The notes under the pieces are model-generated. The model was not told the DNA's origin. It saw nothing but the letters and a program-made list of their open reading frames with translations, and ran no database searches. DNA of 64,000 bases from an uncultured Alphaproteobacteria bacterium. Lineage in GTDB: Bacteria > Pseudomonadota > Alphaproteobacteria > Rs-D84. The first letter of the stretch is position 1, and each line of letters starts with the position of its first letter. Below, one piece after another: positions 33,689 to 43,556 of the stretch. The stretch lies in contig CALXXY010000002.1 of assembly GCA_944392815.1 (NCBI GenBank), positions 1-64,000 on the forward strand, given 5' to 3'. A program made the position numbers and the translations under genes.

Positions 33689-34051
33689 CTATTTATTACG
33701 CGATTTTTTATTCACCCAGAAATTCTTTTTCTGTGCGCATAAATTTCTGTATTTTGCCAACGCGTCTAAATATTCATTATTGCAAACATAAAAAGAACAC
33801 GCCACCTGGCCACATGTCTGTTTACCATCAGTAAAAAATGCGCACGGCAGATTTTCATTAAACGCATACGAAACGTGCCCCAAAAATTCACCATCGGCAA
33901 CCGCGCGTTCACTGGCACATACTTCTGAATCAAACGATTCGCCCAGCGCACGCACCAAACGTTGTTGACGCAGAACCAACGCGCGCTGTTCCTTGATTTG
34001 TTTTGATAAATCAGCATACTGTTTTAACGAACTAAAAATATTATTTTTCAT
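33689..34051 (-). CDS. Cys-rich hypothetical protein, paralog 3
   Basis: CAFF..CGQVAC..N..YL..FW. Confidence 0.75.
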   Translation of the reverse strand: MKNNIFSSLKQYADLSKQIKEQRALVLRQQRLVRALGESFDSEVCASERAVADGEFLGHVSYAFNENLPCAFFTDGKQTCGQVACSFYVCNNEYLDALAKYRNLCAQKKNFWVNKKSRNK

Positions 34052-34069
34052 ATTTTATTCTACCTTTGT

Positions 34070-35866
34070 TTAATTAACCTTTAATGCGTTAATGAATGCG
34101 GACTGCGGTATTTCTACATTACCAAAAGTACGCATACGTTTTTTTCCTTCCTTTTGCTTTTCCAGCAACTTGCGCTTTCGCGTGATATCCCCGCCATAAC
34201 ACTTGGCGGTCACATCTTTGCGATATGCAGCAATTGTTTCCCGTGCGATAATTTTGCCACCGATGGCGGCCTGCAGCGGGATTTTGAATTGATGACGTGG
34301 AATTAAATCTTTTAACCGTTCTACAATCTGCCGGCCACGTTTTTCAGCCGCACTGCGATGACACATAAAAGACAGCGGTTCCACATTTTCATCATTCACC
34401 AGAATTGAAACCTTGACCAAATCAGACGGTCGATACCCCTGCACCACATAATCAAACGACGCATATCCCGACGAAATAGATTTCACACGATCGTAAAAAT
34501 CAAACACTATTTCGGCCAAGGGCAATTGATACACCAACACCGCGCGATTACCGACATACGAAATATTTTCCTGAACCCCACGCCGTTCCGCGCACAGCGA
34601 CATAATGCCCCCCATATATTTATCAGGCATCATAATCGTCGCACGCACCCATGGTTCTTCTATGGACGCAATTCGCGTTAAATCAGGCATATCAGCCGGA
34701 TTTTCCAAATCCACAACATTCCCATCGCGCAAATACACTTTGTACAACACGCTGGGCACAGTATTAATTAAATTCAAACCGAATTCGCGCCGCAGCCGTT
34801 CGCTGATAATTTCCATATGCAGCAAACCCAAAAATCCGCACCGCAATCCAAACCCCAACGCAGACGATTTTTCCACAGTAAACACAAACGATGCGTCATT
34901 CAGCGCCAATTTTTCCGCCCCATCACGCAGGGCCGGGTAATCATCGGCCTCGACCGGGAAAAACGACGCGAACACCACCGGCACAGACGGCTTGAACCCG
35001 GGCAACGGTTCACAATCCGCCCCACTGCGCGCGTCCACGATTGTATCGCCAACCTTGCAATCATGAATGGTTTTCATGCCTGTTATAATGAACCCGATTT
35101 CGCCAGTTTCCAACGAATCGGCATCAACCATTTTTGGTGTAAAATAACCTATTTTTTCAATAACATACTCGGCGCCAGTTGCCATGAATCGAATTTTTTG
35201 TCCGCGCACCAGTTTTCCATCAACCACGCGCACCAGCACCACCACCCCCAAATAAGAATCATACCACGAATCCACCAGCAACGCGCGCGCAGGCGCATTT
35301 TCATTTCCGCGTGGCGCCGGCAACCGATGCACAATTTCTTCCAATAACTCGGGCACACCCGCCCCGGTTTTCCCAGACACGCACAACGCATCTGCGGCGT
35401 CCAGCCCGATAACATCGGCAATCTGCTCGCGCGCGGCGGCCACATCGCTGGACGGCAAATCAATTTTATTCAACACAGGCAGCATTTCCAAATCATTATC
35501 CAACGCCAAATAAGCATTAGCCAACGTCTGCGCCTGAACCCCCTGGGTTGCATCGACCAGAATCAGCGCCCCTTCGCACGCAGCCAACGACCGCGACACT
35601 TCGTACGAAAAATCGACATGCCCGGGCGTATCCATCAAATTCAATTGATACACCTGGCCATCGCGCGCGGTATAGTTCAACCGCACAGTTTGCGCCTTTA
35701 TCGTGATTCCGCGTTCCCGTTCAATATCCATGGAATCCAGCACCTGGGCCTTCATTTCGCGCGATTGCAACCCACCAGTATATTCAATCAACCTGTCGGA
35801 CAGGGTAGATTTTCCGTGATCGATATGCGCGACGATTGCAAAATTTCTGATATTTTGTTGCTTCAT
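34070..35866 (-). CDS. lepA: Translation factor EF-4
   Basis: [37 protein letters not shown]. Start ATG 35866. Confidence 0.98.
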   Translation of the reverse strand: MKQQNIRNFAIVAHIDHGKSTLSDRLIEYTGGLQSREMKAQVLDSMDIERERGITIKAQTVRLNYTARDGQVYQLNLMDTPGHVDFSYEVSRSLAACEGALILVDATQGVQAQTLANAYLALDNDLEMLPVLNKIDLPSSDVAAAREQIADVIGLDAADALCVSGKTGAGVPELLEEIVHRLPAPRGNENAPARALLVDSWYDSYLGVVVLVRVVDGKLVRGQKIRFMATGAEYVIEKIGYFTPKMVDADSLETGEIGFIITGMKTIHDCKVGDTIVDARSGADCEPLPGFKPSVPVVFASFFPVEADDYPALRDGAEKLALNDASFVFTVEKSSALGFGLRCGFLGLLHMEIISERLRREFGLNLINTVPSVLYKVYLRDGNVVDLENPADMPDLTRIASIEEPWVRATIMMPDKYMGGIMSLCAERRGVQENISYVGNRAVLVYQLPLAEIVFDFYDRVKSISSGYASFDYVVQGYRPSDLVKVSILVNDENVEPLSFMCHRSAAEKRGRQIVERLKDLIPRHQFKIPLQAAIGGKIIARETIAAYRKDVTAKCYGGDITRKRKLLEKQKEGKKRMRTFGNVEIPQSAFINALKVN

Positions 35867-35942
35867 AAAAAACCTGGTGTTTTGCCTTGAACTTGCGGCA
35901 ATGATACACCAGTATAAACAAATCTGCAACCACAATTTTCAC

Positions 35943-36521
35943 CTAAGTGAACAAAGAAATCAGCCCTATTCCCAATCCTGCGGCGATAATGGCCCCGATT
36001 GTCAGCGGCCAGAAATATTTTTTGACTATGGCGTTTGCGCGTTCCTGGAAAAAATACAGCAACGCAGCAACAATTGCGAATCGCCCTGTCCGGAAAATTG
36101 CAGACACCCCGATAAAAATCCAGATTGGATATCCAATAAACCCCAGCCACAGCGCCAATAACTTATACGGAATCGGCGTCACCGCAGTCAACACTATGAT
36201 TAAAATCCCGTATTTAGAAAACATGGGCTTGATTGCCGTTTCAATCAATTCGTAATTGGAAAAAGTATTTATAATCCACAGCCCCAACGAATCCCACAGC
36301 CACGCGCCAATCATATACGCAATTGCGCCCCCAACGACAGACCCCAACGCGGCCGCGACAGTAATCGGCACAGCGCGTTTTTTATTTGCGATAATGGGGG
36401 GCGTCATGAACACTTCGGGCGGAATGAACAAAAAAATCGATTCGCACACAGTCAGCAAAAACACGATCCACGAATACGCACGACTTTCCGATTTACTTAA
36501 AATATATTCAGCGAATTTCAT
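35943..36521 (-). CDS. DedA/YqaA family membrane protein
   Basis: ESIFLFIPPEVF, GSVVGG..Y.IG, TPIPYKL, RTGRF. Confidence 0.9.
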   Translation of the reverse strand: MKFAEYILSKSESRAYSWIVFLLTVCESIFLFIPPEVFMTPPIIANKKRAVPITVAAALGSVVGGAIAYMIGAWLWDSLGLWIINTFSNYELIETAIKPMFSKYGILIIVLTAVTPIPYKLLALWLGFIGYPIWIFIGVSAIFRTGRFAIVAALLYFFQERANAIVKKYFWPLTIGAIIAAGLGIGLISLFT

Positions 36522-36610
36522 AATAATCCTTTCCGTTTTTTTGGCGCAAAATTTACTTGATTGTAATTTAATAAATAATAATTTACAATTACATAAATTG
36601 GAAAAAGCAA

Positions 36611-36961
36611 ATGAAACATAACAAAAACCCAAATTCGAACAGATCGGCCCGCATGGCCAGCACAGTCCAAACAACAGTCGCCCAAATTCTGCGCGACCGC
36701 TTTGGCGACGACAAAATAATTTCAGGTGTATCATTGGTTGGATCTGTTGCACGCGGTGGCACCCAGTTTGTGCATTTGTATTATTACTCGCGCAACCCAG
36801 ACATCACGTCGGTCCAGCGCCGCTTGGACGAAGTGACCAAAACAGTCCGTTATGAATTGGCATCGCGCCTGGATCAAAAATACGTCCCAGAAATCAAATT
36901 TGAATACGACGACACACTCGACCGCGCCGAACGCCTGGACAAAATTTTAGAAAATTTGTGA
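36611..36961 (+). CDS. rbfA: Ribosome-binding factor A (divergent)
   Basis: NRSARMAS..VAQIL, KYVPEIKFEYDDTLDRAERLDKIL. Confidence 0.85.
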   Translation: MKHNKNPNSNRSARMASTVQTTVAQILRDRFGDDKIISGVSLVGSVARGGTQFVHLYYYSRNPDITSVQRRLDEVTKTVRYELASRLDQKYVPEIKFEYDDTLDRAERLDKILENL

Positions 36962-36989
36962 TTTCCCCCCCGCCCCATCGCGGAACGCC

Positions 36990-37800
36990 CCCTGTCATTG
37001 CGAAGGAGTACGATCAACGTTGGAAAAGTTGGCGTACGACTGTGGCAATCCAGGTCAATATGTCCGCGCAACGCGCGGTGCCTTTTTATCCCAACCAGAA
37101 ATTATCCTGTTCTGCCAGATCAATCCAATCTGGATTCACAGATTCAATCAATTGTATTTTTCTTTTCCGCGACCCAGCTTTCAAACGTTTTTCCCGTTCC
37201 AACGCATCATTAATGTATTGATAATCTTCGCAATAAACCAATTTATCACAGCCATACCTGGCGGTAAAACACCCTGGATACACGTTATTTTTATGTTCAT
37301 ACACCCGCCTGCGAATATCATTCGTCACCCCAATGTACAAAGTCCCATTTTTACAATTTGCCATAATATATACAAAGAATTCATACTTTCGCATAAAAAT
37401 CCCCCACCATGCCCATTGCAATCCAGGTCAATTCATACTTTCGCATTTCCACCCCACCCTGTCATTGCGAAGGAGTACGATCAACGTTGGAAACGTTGGC
37501 GTACGACTGTGGCAATCCAGGTCAATATGTCCGCGCAACGCGCGGTGCCTTTTTATTTACTGGATCGCCACGCTCCGCTCGCGATGACAATGGGGACTAA
37601 TCTGATAATTACGAATTAGGTCATCGCATTCGCCCCCCCTTGTCATTGCGAAGGAGTACGATCAACGTTGGAAACGTTGGCGTACGACTGTGGCAATCCA
37701 GGTTAATAAAATCCCGCGCCAATGGCGCGGCCCACATCTACACTCTCCACTATATTATTTTCCCGCGCCGTGGCGCGGGAATAAATACAGCGGGGATTTT
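36990..37800. repeat. GTCA-tagged palindrome cluster: ~100-bp direct repeats 36990-37089 and 37457-37556, inverted partner 37560-37588, third unit 37642-37701
   Basis: gtcattgcgaaggagtacgatcaacgttggaaa(a/c)gttggcgtacgactgtggcaatccagg present three times. Confidence 0.9.
37086..37394 (-). CDS. Small GIY-YIG nuclease (YhbQ/UPF0213-like)
   Basis: FVYIMAN..GTLYIGVTNDIRRRVYEHK, FTARY..KLVY.E, ALEREKRLK, IESVNPDW.DL. Confidence 0.93.
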   Translation of the reverse strand: MRKYEFFVYIMANCKNGTLYIGVTNDIRRRVYEHKNNVYPGCFTARYGCDKLVYCEDYQYINDALEREKRLKAGSRKRKIQLIESVNPDWIDLAEQDNFWLG

Positions 37801-39557
37801 TATTCAACCCAAATGGCTGCATAATCCGTGGCATTCTGGCCACCAAACGGAATCTTAACATTCCCCTTGGTCACAGAAACCTTGCCGTCCGTCTGGGACA
37901 CACCCGTCACCACGGCACCGGTGCCGGTCGATGTGCTGTCCAGCGCGGTTATTTGCGACTTGGTCGCATAGGTTGATGTAATCACATTTCCGGACGCATC
38001 TTGGGTCGCCTTGGTCGCATTTGTGGCATTCGTCGCGGTTGTTGCACTGTCGGCCTTGGTTGCGCTGTTCACGGTAACGGCACCAGTTGAACTGACCGTA
38101 ATATCACCACCAGATTTCACACCACCCAACGTATTGGCGGTTGCAGCCGGCAAAGTATAACCATCTGGCAAATCGTCCGCGGTAATAAACCCACTATCGT
38201 TTGTTAAATCACTGGTTTTTGTCGGAACATCAGCAGTATTTGCCTTGCCCGCCAACGCAGTTGTCAAACCAGAAATTTTTGATTGGGCAATCGCCGCACT
38301 GGCCGCAATATCAGCATTGGTTATTGTACCGTCGGTAATTTCAGCACTGGTAACCGCGCTTTTGGTCGCCAACGTCCCCAACCCTGAAACCTTGGTTGAC
38401 GGAATTGTTGGTATATCTGACGCCGTCAGTGACGCGCCACCCGTAACCAATCCCTTGGCATCGTACGTAATCTTGGTTGCGGTTCCGGCGGTTATGGCCG
38501 CATTTGCGGTAACCTTGGCATTCGCGGCGGTCTGCGCTGCACTGGCGGCGGATTGCGCCGCTTCGGCCTTGTCCTCTACTGCACCTAACGCGGACGTTGT
38601 CGCATACCCGGACAGTGCGGACGTATTCGCCTTGGTCGCCAAAGCGGTGGCAACTGCCTTTTCAGACGGATACGCAGTATCAGTCGCGCTGGCTGCGGCA
38701 CGCACAGACGTCACTTTATTTTTGGTTTCTTCTGCGGTTATACCCTTGGTTGCGGAAACAGTCGAACCCGATGCCAAAACACTGGTCACCACATTCCCCG
38801 TTCCACCGGTTGACCCCGATATGCTGGATAACTTGCCACTGGCCGTGCTTTGTGCGGCGGCGGCGGCGGCGGCCGCGTCATCGGCGGCACTCTGCGCGGC
38901 GGTTATTTTCGCATTATATCCGTCATAGGTTGATACCTTGGTCGACGTAATCCCAGAATTCACCGCATTCAATTGCGCACTCGTCAAAGTCGCCTGTTTC
39001 CCGGACAAACCGGACGTTAATTCAGTTTTCGTTGCATACGTTGATGTAATCACATTCCCGGACGCGTCCTGTGTCGCCTTGGTCGCATTTGTGGCATTCG
39101 TCGCGTTTGTAGCATTTGTGGCATTGGTTGCGTTGGTCGCACGCGCCGCCTGATTTACTGTAACCGCACCATCAGACCCAACGGTTATGTTACCACCGGA
39201 TTTCACACCACCCAACGCATTGGCGGTTGCAACCGGCACCGATGTAATAAACCCACTGTTGTTGGTCAATTGACTGGTTGTTGTCGGCACAGTGATATTA
39301 ATCGTCTTGTTCGCAGACGCATTCGCAGTAAACGTATCGACGGTGGCGCCATTTTTCTGAATGGTCAACGTGGCGTTATTCACCGTCGGAATGGTCGGAC
39401 GACCCGACAAATCGCCGTACGCGCCCGTTTTCGCGACAGTGGCCAACCCGTCGATTTTTTCATCGACATACCCACTGGACGCGATATCGGCATACGCCCC
39501 CCCCACGACCATCATGGCGATAAATGAAACTGCGAAAATACCTTTAACTTTCATCAT
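37800..39557 (-). CDS. Secreted fibre-like repeat protein D (585 aa)
   Basis: Signal peptide then IASSGYVD; modules LATVAKTGAYGDL, VPTKTSDLTNDSGFIT, PAATANTLGGVKSG, (ATN)n. Confidence 0.85.
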   Translation of the reverse strand: MMKVKGIFAVSFIAMMVVGGAYADIASSGYVDEKIDGLATVAKTGAYGDLSGRPTIPTVNNATLTIQKNGATVDTFTANASANKTINITVPTTTSQLTNNSGFITSVPVATANALGGVKSGGNITVGSDGAVTVNQAARATNATNATNATNATNATNATKATQDASGNVITSTYATKTELTSGLSGKQATLTSAQLNAVNSGITSTKVSTYDGYNAKITAAQSAADDAAAAAAAAQSTASGKLSSISGSTGGTGNVVTSVLASGSTVSATKGITAEETKNKVTSVRAAASATDTAYPSEKAVATALATKANTSALSGYATTSALGAVEDKAEAAQSAASAAQTAANAKVTANAAITAGTATKITYDAKGLVTGGASLTASDIPTIPSTKVSGLGTLATKSAVTSAEITDGTITNADIAASAAIAQSKISGLTTALAGKANTADVPTKTSDLTNDSGFITADDLPDGYTLPAATANTLGGVKSGGDITVSSTGAVTVNSATKADSATTATNATNATKATQDASGNVITSTYATKSQITALDSTSTGTGAVVTGVSQTDGKVSVTKGNVKIPFGGQNATDYAAIWVE

Positions 39558-39676
39558 ATCTGTGTCTCAAAAAAACTTAATAAATGTCTATTTAATTTCG
39601 CTACTCTGCTCTGCTTTGTTTTTTTGGTTGTATATGTGCGACGCGACATCACGCCGCACATATTGTTATGCCGCTA

Positions 39677-41464
39677 TTATTCGCCTTCGCCATTACGGGC
39701 AATAACTTCCCATGCATATGCACTGTTATTAAATGTTAATACACACTTTGCGGTTCCATCGGCACATTCACCATCTGGTGCCGGGATTGCAGCGTTTGCT
39801 GTTTGTTGTGCCTGGGTTGCAGTTTGCTGCGCCGCCGTGGCGGTTGATTGTGCGGTCGACGCTTCACCTGCTACTTCCTTGATAGCGGCCACAACCGTTG
39901 TGGCTGTTGTACCCATATTACCGGCGGTCACAGTACCAACCTGGGTGTTATATGTAGAGGTCGGTAATTTTGAATCAGCCGCAGTTTGTGCTGCTTCTGC
40001 TGCCTCTTGTGCAGCTGCTGCATCTGCTAATGCCTGGGTCGCATCTGTCTGTGCTGCATCAGCCGCATCTTGCGCCGCACCTGCAGCAGTGCTTGCACCG
40101 TCAGCGGTTGTCTTTACTTCATTGATAGCACCGACAACTGTCTTGTTTGTTGTTGTCAAAGAGTTATCTGTTTTATCCTGTTTCAATGCCAGGTTTGCAG
40201 AAGTCGGCAGATCGGCAACTTCTTCCTTGGTGGCATATGTCGTTGTGATTACATTACCAGATGCGTCCGCCGTTGCACGTGCGGCTGTAGCGGTTTTATC
40301 CAATTTACCGGATTCCAACGCATCAATTGCGGTGTGCGCGGCGGCCAAACCGGTTGTTTCATGATTTACAACGGCTTCCAACGCGTCAACATCGCCCTGT
40401 GCGGTATCTGCTGCTGTTTTTGCGCCTGCCGCTGCAGTGGCTGCATCTGCGGCCTCTTTGGCTACTTCATTGATTGCCGCAACGGTGTTGCCCTTGGCAT
40501 CTGTCGTTAATTGTGACAAAGTACCAATGTTTGATAATGCAGTTTGTGCATTTGTGCTGGCGGTACTGGCAGTAGTTTCAGTTGCAATATCAGCATACGC
40601 CGCGTCAGCCGCTTCTTTGGTCACATAATCTGCCAAATCGGCTTCTTGCAATGCACTGTCTGCCAAATCCAAAGACGCATTAACTGTATCGGACAATTTT
40701 GCTTCGGTCACTGCTTTATCTGCGATATCAGCGGTCGCAACAGCGCCATCTGTAATTTGTGCACTGCCAACGGCATTCAATTTTGCCAAAGCACCCAAAT
40801 CGACGCTATTTGCCTTGGCCGCCAAAGCGGTGGCAACTGCACCCGCCTGGGCTGCGCCCGTTTGACCTGTTGTGATGCTTGTTGTAACGGTCGGAATTGT
40901 ATTACCCGCGGTCACCTTGCCTTCGGCATTAACATACACAGGTTGAGATGCACTACCAGTTTGCGATAATTTATCCTGCTTGCCCGCTAATTCAGTTTTG
41001 GTTGCGTGTGTTGCAGACGTAGCTTCCAATGTATCAACACGTCCCTCTAATGCCTCCACTGATGCATTTGCGTCAACAGAACTAACCGCGTTCCACACAG
41101 CTTTCGCCGATGGGTATTGTGCTTCGGTTGACTGTGCATTAACCGTTTGTGTTTTGTTTGTCGTTCTTTCAACATTGGTTATATCGGCCGGCTGAACCGC
41201 GCTGGTGGCCAAATCCCCCTCGGCCGCGGTGGCGAATTCAGCCACATTATGTGTGACGATGTCACCGTATGTTCCCATTTTGCCTTCAATTTCACCAATC
41301 GACGTTGTATGTCCGCTGACCGTGCCACTCAATGTCGTCACGGTTTGCGATACTTCGCCAACTTTTTCATCGACGTATCCCGATGATGCGATTGCGGCGT
41401 ATGCCCCATCGGCCGAAACCACGGCCAATAATGTTGCAAAAATGCCTGCTGTCAGTTTTTTCAT
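39677..41464 (-). CDS. Secreted fibre-like repeat protein C (595 aa)
   Basis: Signal peptide then IASSGYVD; Ala-rich coiled coils, LTT..KT.V.AINEV repeats, Cys-containing C-terminal cap. Confidence 0.85.
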   Translation of the reverse strand: MKKLTAGIFATLLAVVSADGAYAAIASSGYVDEKVGEVSQTVTTLSGTVSGHTTSIGEIEGKMGTYGDIVTHNVAEFATAAEGDLATSAVQPADITNVERTTNKTQTVNAQSTEAQYPSAKAVWNAVSSVDANASVEALEGRVDTLEATSATHATKTELAGKQDKLSQTGSASQPVYVNAEGKVTAGNTIPTVTTSITTGQTGAAQAGAVATALAAKANSVDLGALAKLNAVGSAQITDGAVATADIADKAVTEAKLSDTVNASLDLADSALQEADLADYVTKEAADAAYADIATETTASTASTNAQTALSNIGTLSQLTTDAKGNTVAAINEVAKEAADAATAAAGAKTAADTAQGDVDALEAVVNHETTGLAAAHTAIDALESGKLDKTATAARATADASGNVITTTYATKEEVADLPTSANLALKQDKTDNSLTTTNKTVVGAINEVKTTADGASTAAGAAQDAADAAQTDATQALADAAAAQEAAEAAQTAADSKLPTSTYNTQVGTVTAGNMGTTATTVVAAIKEVAGEASTAQSTATAAQQTATQAQQTANAAIPAPDGECADGTAKCVLTFNNSAYAWEVIARNGEGE

Positions 41465-41537
41465 TTTTCCTTTCCTTTCTTTGTTTTTTTGTTTTTTTAT
41501 TTAGTTTTCAAATTTCCTTGTTGAATCGCGGAACCGA

Positions 41538-43544
41538 TTAATCCACCGTTGTGTCGGTATTTTGCGAGCCCATAACCGGCCCAGCGTCAACCGGCGCCGT
41601 TGCAGGATCCGTCACCGGCACCCACGCCAGTTTATTATCCTTGGTCAATGTCAGCACACACAAATCCGATTCAGTCGTACATGTATTCGACGGCTGCTGG
41701 ATAGCAATTTCAACGATTTTATCGTTTGTTTGCTGTCTGGTGTAAACGTCCGACAAATCCGCCTTGGCCCCAATTTCGGCAACAACATCGTCAGACAATT
41801 TATCCGATGTCACGGCGTTATCCGCAATCTTTTCCGTGGTCACCGCACCCGCTGCAATTTTATCCGACGAAACCGCACCGTTTTGCAATTTAGACCCCGC
41901 CAATGTACCATCTTTAATCAACCCAGGGTTAACAGGCAATTCACTTAAATCCGATATTTCTGACGATACCCACGACGTCATTGCGCCGATCGTCGGGAAA
42001 TATGTATCAGATGATTTATTTTCAGGCGTAATAGAATTTATCTTGTTCGCGGAATCTTCCTTTTTCGCCAACAAACCACTATCAGGGGCGGTGATGTTGG
42101 TGACGTTTTGTTCAATCTGTTCAATTGTTTGGTTGATTGTGGTCAATTCGGAATCATCAACCTTGGCAGCCAGGGCGTCTGTCAATCCATCAACCCTTGC
42201 CTGGGCAATTGTGGCAGATGTAGTGATATTTCCGTCCGCACCCACGGTCAGGATTTTACCGTTATTTTCCGCACCAACATTTTTGTCCTGTTTGCCATTA
42301 ATCTTGCTGGCCAGGCCGGTGTTCAAATCGGCCTCGGTCACGGTGCCGTCGGCAATCGCCGCGGAATCAACCGCACTGTCCGCGATTTTATCGCCAGTCA
42401 CTGCGCCATTTTGAATTTGACCGGTTCCAACCGCGTTATCTGCAATCGCATCGGCATCAATCGCGTCATCGGCAATTTTATCACCGGTGATCGTGCCATC
42501 GGTAATTTTATCGCCAGATACAGCCCCATCACCCAAATCAGTCGACGGATCAAATTCAACATTTGCAATCTGTTGCGTGGTCCAATCGTATACGGCCTTG
42601 ACAGACGGATATGCGTCTGTGGATGCCTGGTTGGTTGAATTAATGACGGTGGCTTTGTTTGATTTATCTTCCTTGCCGTCAATTTCTGCATTCAACGCAG
42701 TATCCAACTTACCCGCGGAAATGGTACCATCGGCAATATCTGTGCCGGTCACACTGCCATCGGCAATGGCATCGGAATTAACCGCGCCATCTTTGATATG
42801 CTCGGCACCAATGGAATCATCGGCAATTTTGTCGCCATTAACAGCGTCCGCCCCGATTTTATCACCCGTCACGGCACCGTTTTCCAATTTGCTGCCAGCA
42901 ATAGTTCCATCTTCGATATTACCGGGGTTAACTGGCAACCCAGTATCTGACAAGTCCGCAATCTTTTTATTAGTCCATTGAACGATTGCGCCCACTGACG
43001 GATATGCTGTTGGCGATGTTTGATTACCTTCGTTGATTGCAGCCGCCTTGTTTGATAAAACTTCGTACGTTGTTGCAGCGGTTGCAGAATCCAATTTGGA
43101 TTCCATTTCTGTACCCAACTGACCAACCGTTGTTTGCAATCCACCGACCGATGTTTCCAAATCATTTACATCTTTGACCAAGCCAGCTTCAGCATTACCA
43201 ACGGTTGCCCCCAATGCCTCAACCGCGCTTTGTGCACCGGTTGCAGTTGATTGGGCGGTATCAGCGGTTTGTTTCGCTTCGGCCGCAGCGGCAGCAGCAT
43301 CGTCAACCTTGGCCGCCAGACCAGTATCTTCGTTATTGATTGTATCACCCAACTGGGTAACCTGTTCAGTCAGGTTTGTAACATTTTCCTTGGTTTCATA
43401 TGTATTGCTGACCGTTTGCAGGATTGACGTTTCACGATTATCAACGTACTGCTTGCTGGCGATTTGGGTTGCAGCGTTGGCCGCACCGACACTGACCAAA
43501 ATTGCCGCCATAAATCCAGAAAATGCGATATTTGATTTTTTCAT
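41538..43544 (-). CDS. Secreted fibre-like repeat protein B (668 aa)
   Basis: Signal peptide then IASKQYVD; many 10-residue I(A)DGAVT.DK repeats. Confidence 0.85.
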   Translation of the reverse strand: MKKSNIAFSGFMAAILVSVGAANAATQIASKQYVDNRETSILQTVSNTYETKENVTNLTEQVTQLGDTINNEDTGLAAKVDDAAAAAAEAKQTADTAQSTATGAQSAVEALGATVGNAEAGLVKDVNDLETSVGGLQTTVGQLGTEMESKLDSATAATTYEVLSNKAAAINEGNQTSPTAYPSVGAIVQWTNKKIADLSDTGLPVNPGNIEDGTIAGSKLENGAVTGDKIGADAVNGDKIADDSIGAEHIKDGAVNSDAIADGSVTGTDIADGTISAGKLDTALNAEIDGKEDKSNKATVINSTNQASTDAYPSVKAVYDWTTQQIANVEFDPSTDLGDGAVSGDKITDGTITGDKIADDAIDADAIADNAVGTGQIQNGAVTGDKIADSAVDSAAIADGTVTEADLNTGLASKINGKQDKNVGAENNGKILTVGADGNITTSATIAQARVDGLTDALAAKVDDSELTTINQTIEQIEQNVTNITAPDSGLLAKKEDSANKINSITPENKSSDTYFPTIGAMTSWVSSEISDLSELPVNPGLIKDGTLAGSKLQNGAVSSDKIAAGAVTTEKIADNAVTSDKLSDDVVAEIGAKADLSDVYTRQQTNDKIVEIAIQQPSNTCTTESDLCVLTLTKDNKLAWVPVTDPATAPVDAGPVMGSQNTDTTVD

Positions 43545-43556
43545 TCTTTCTTTCCT

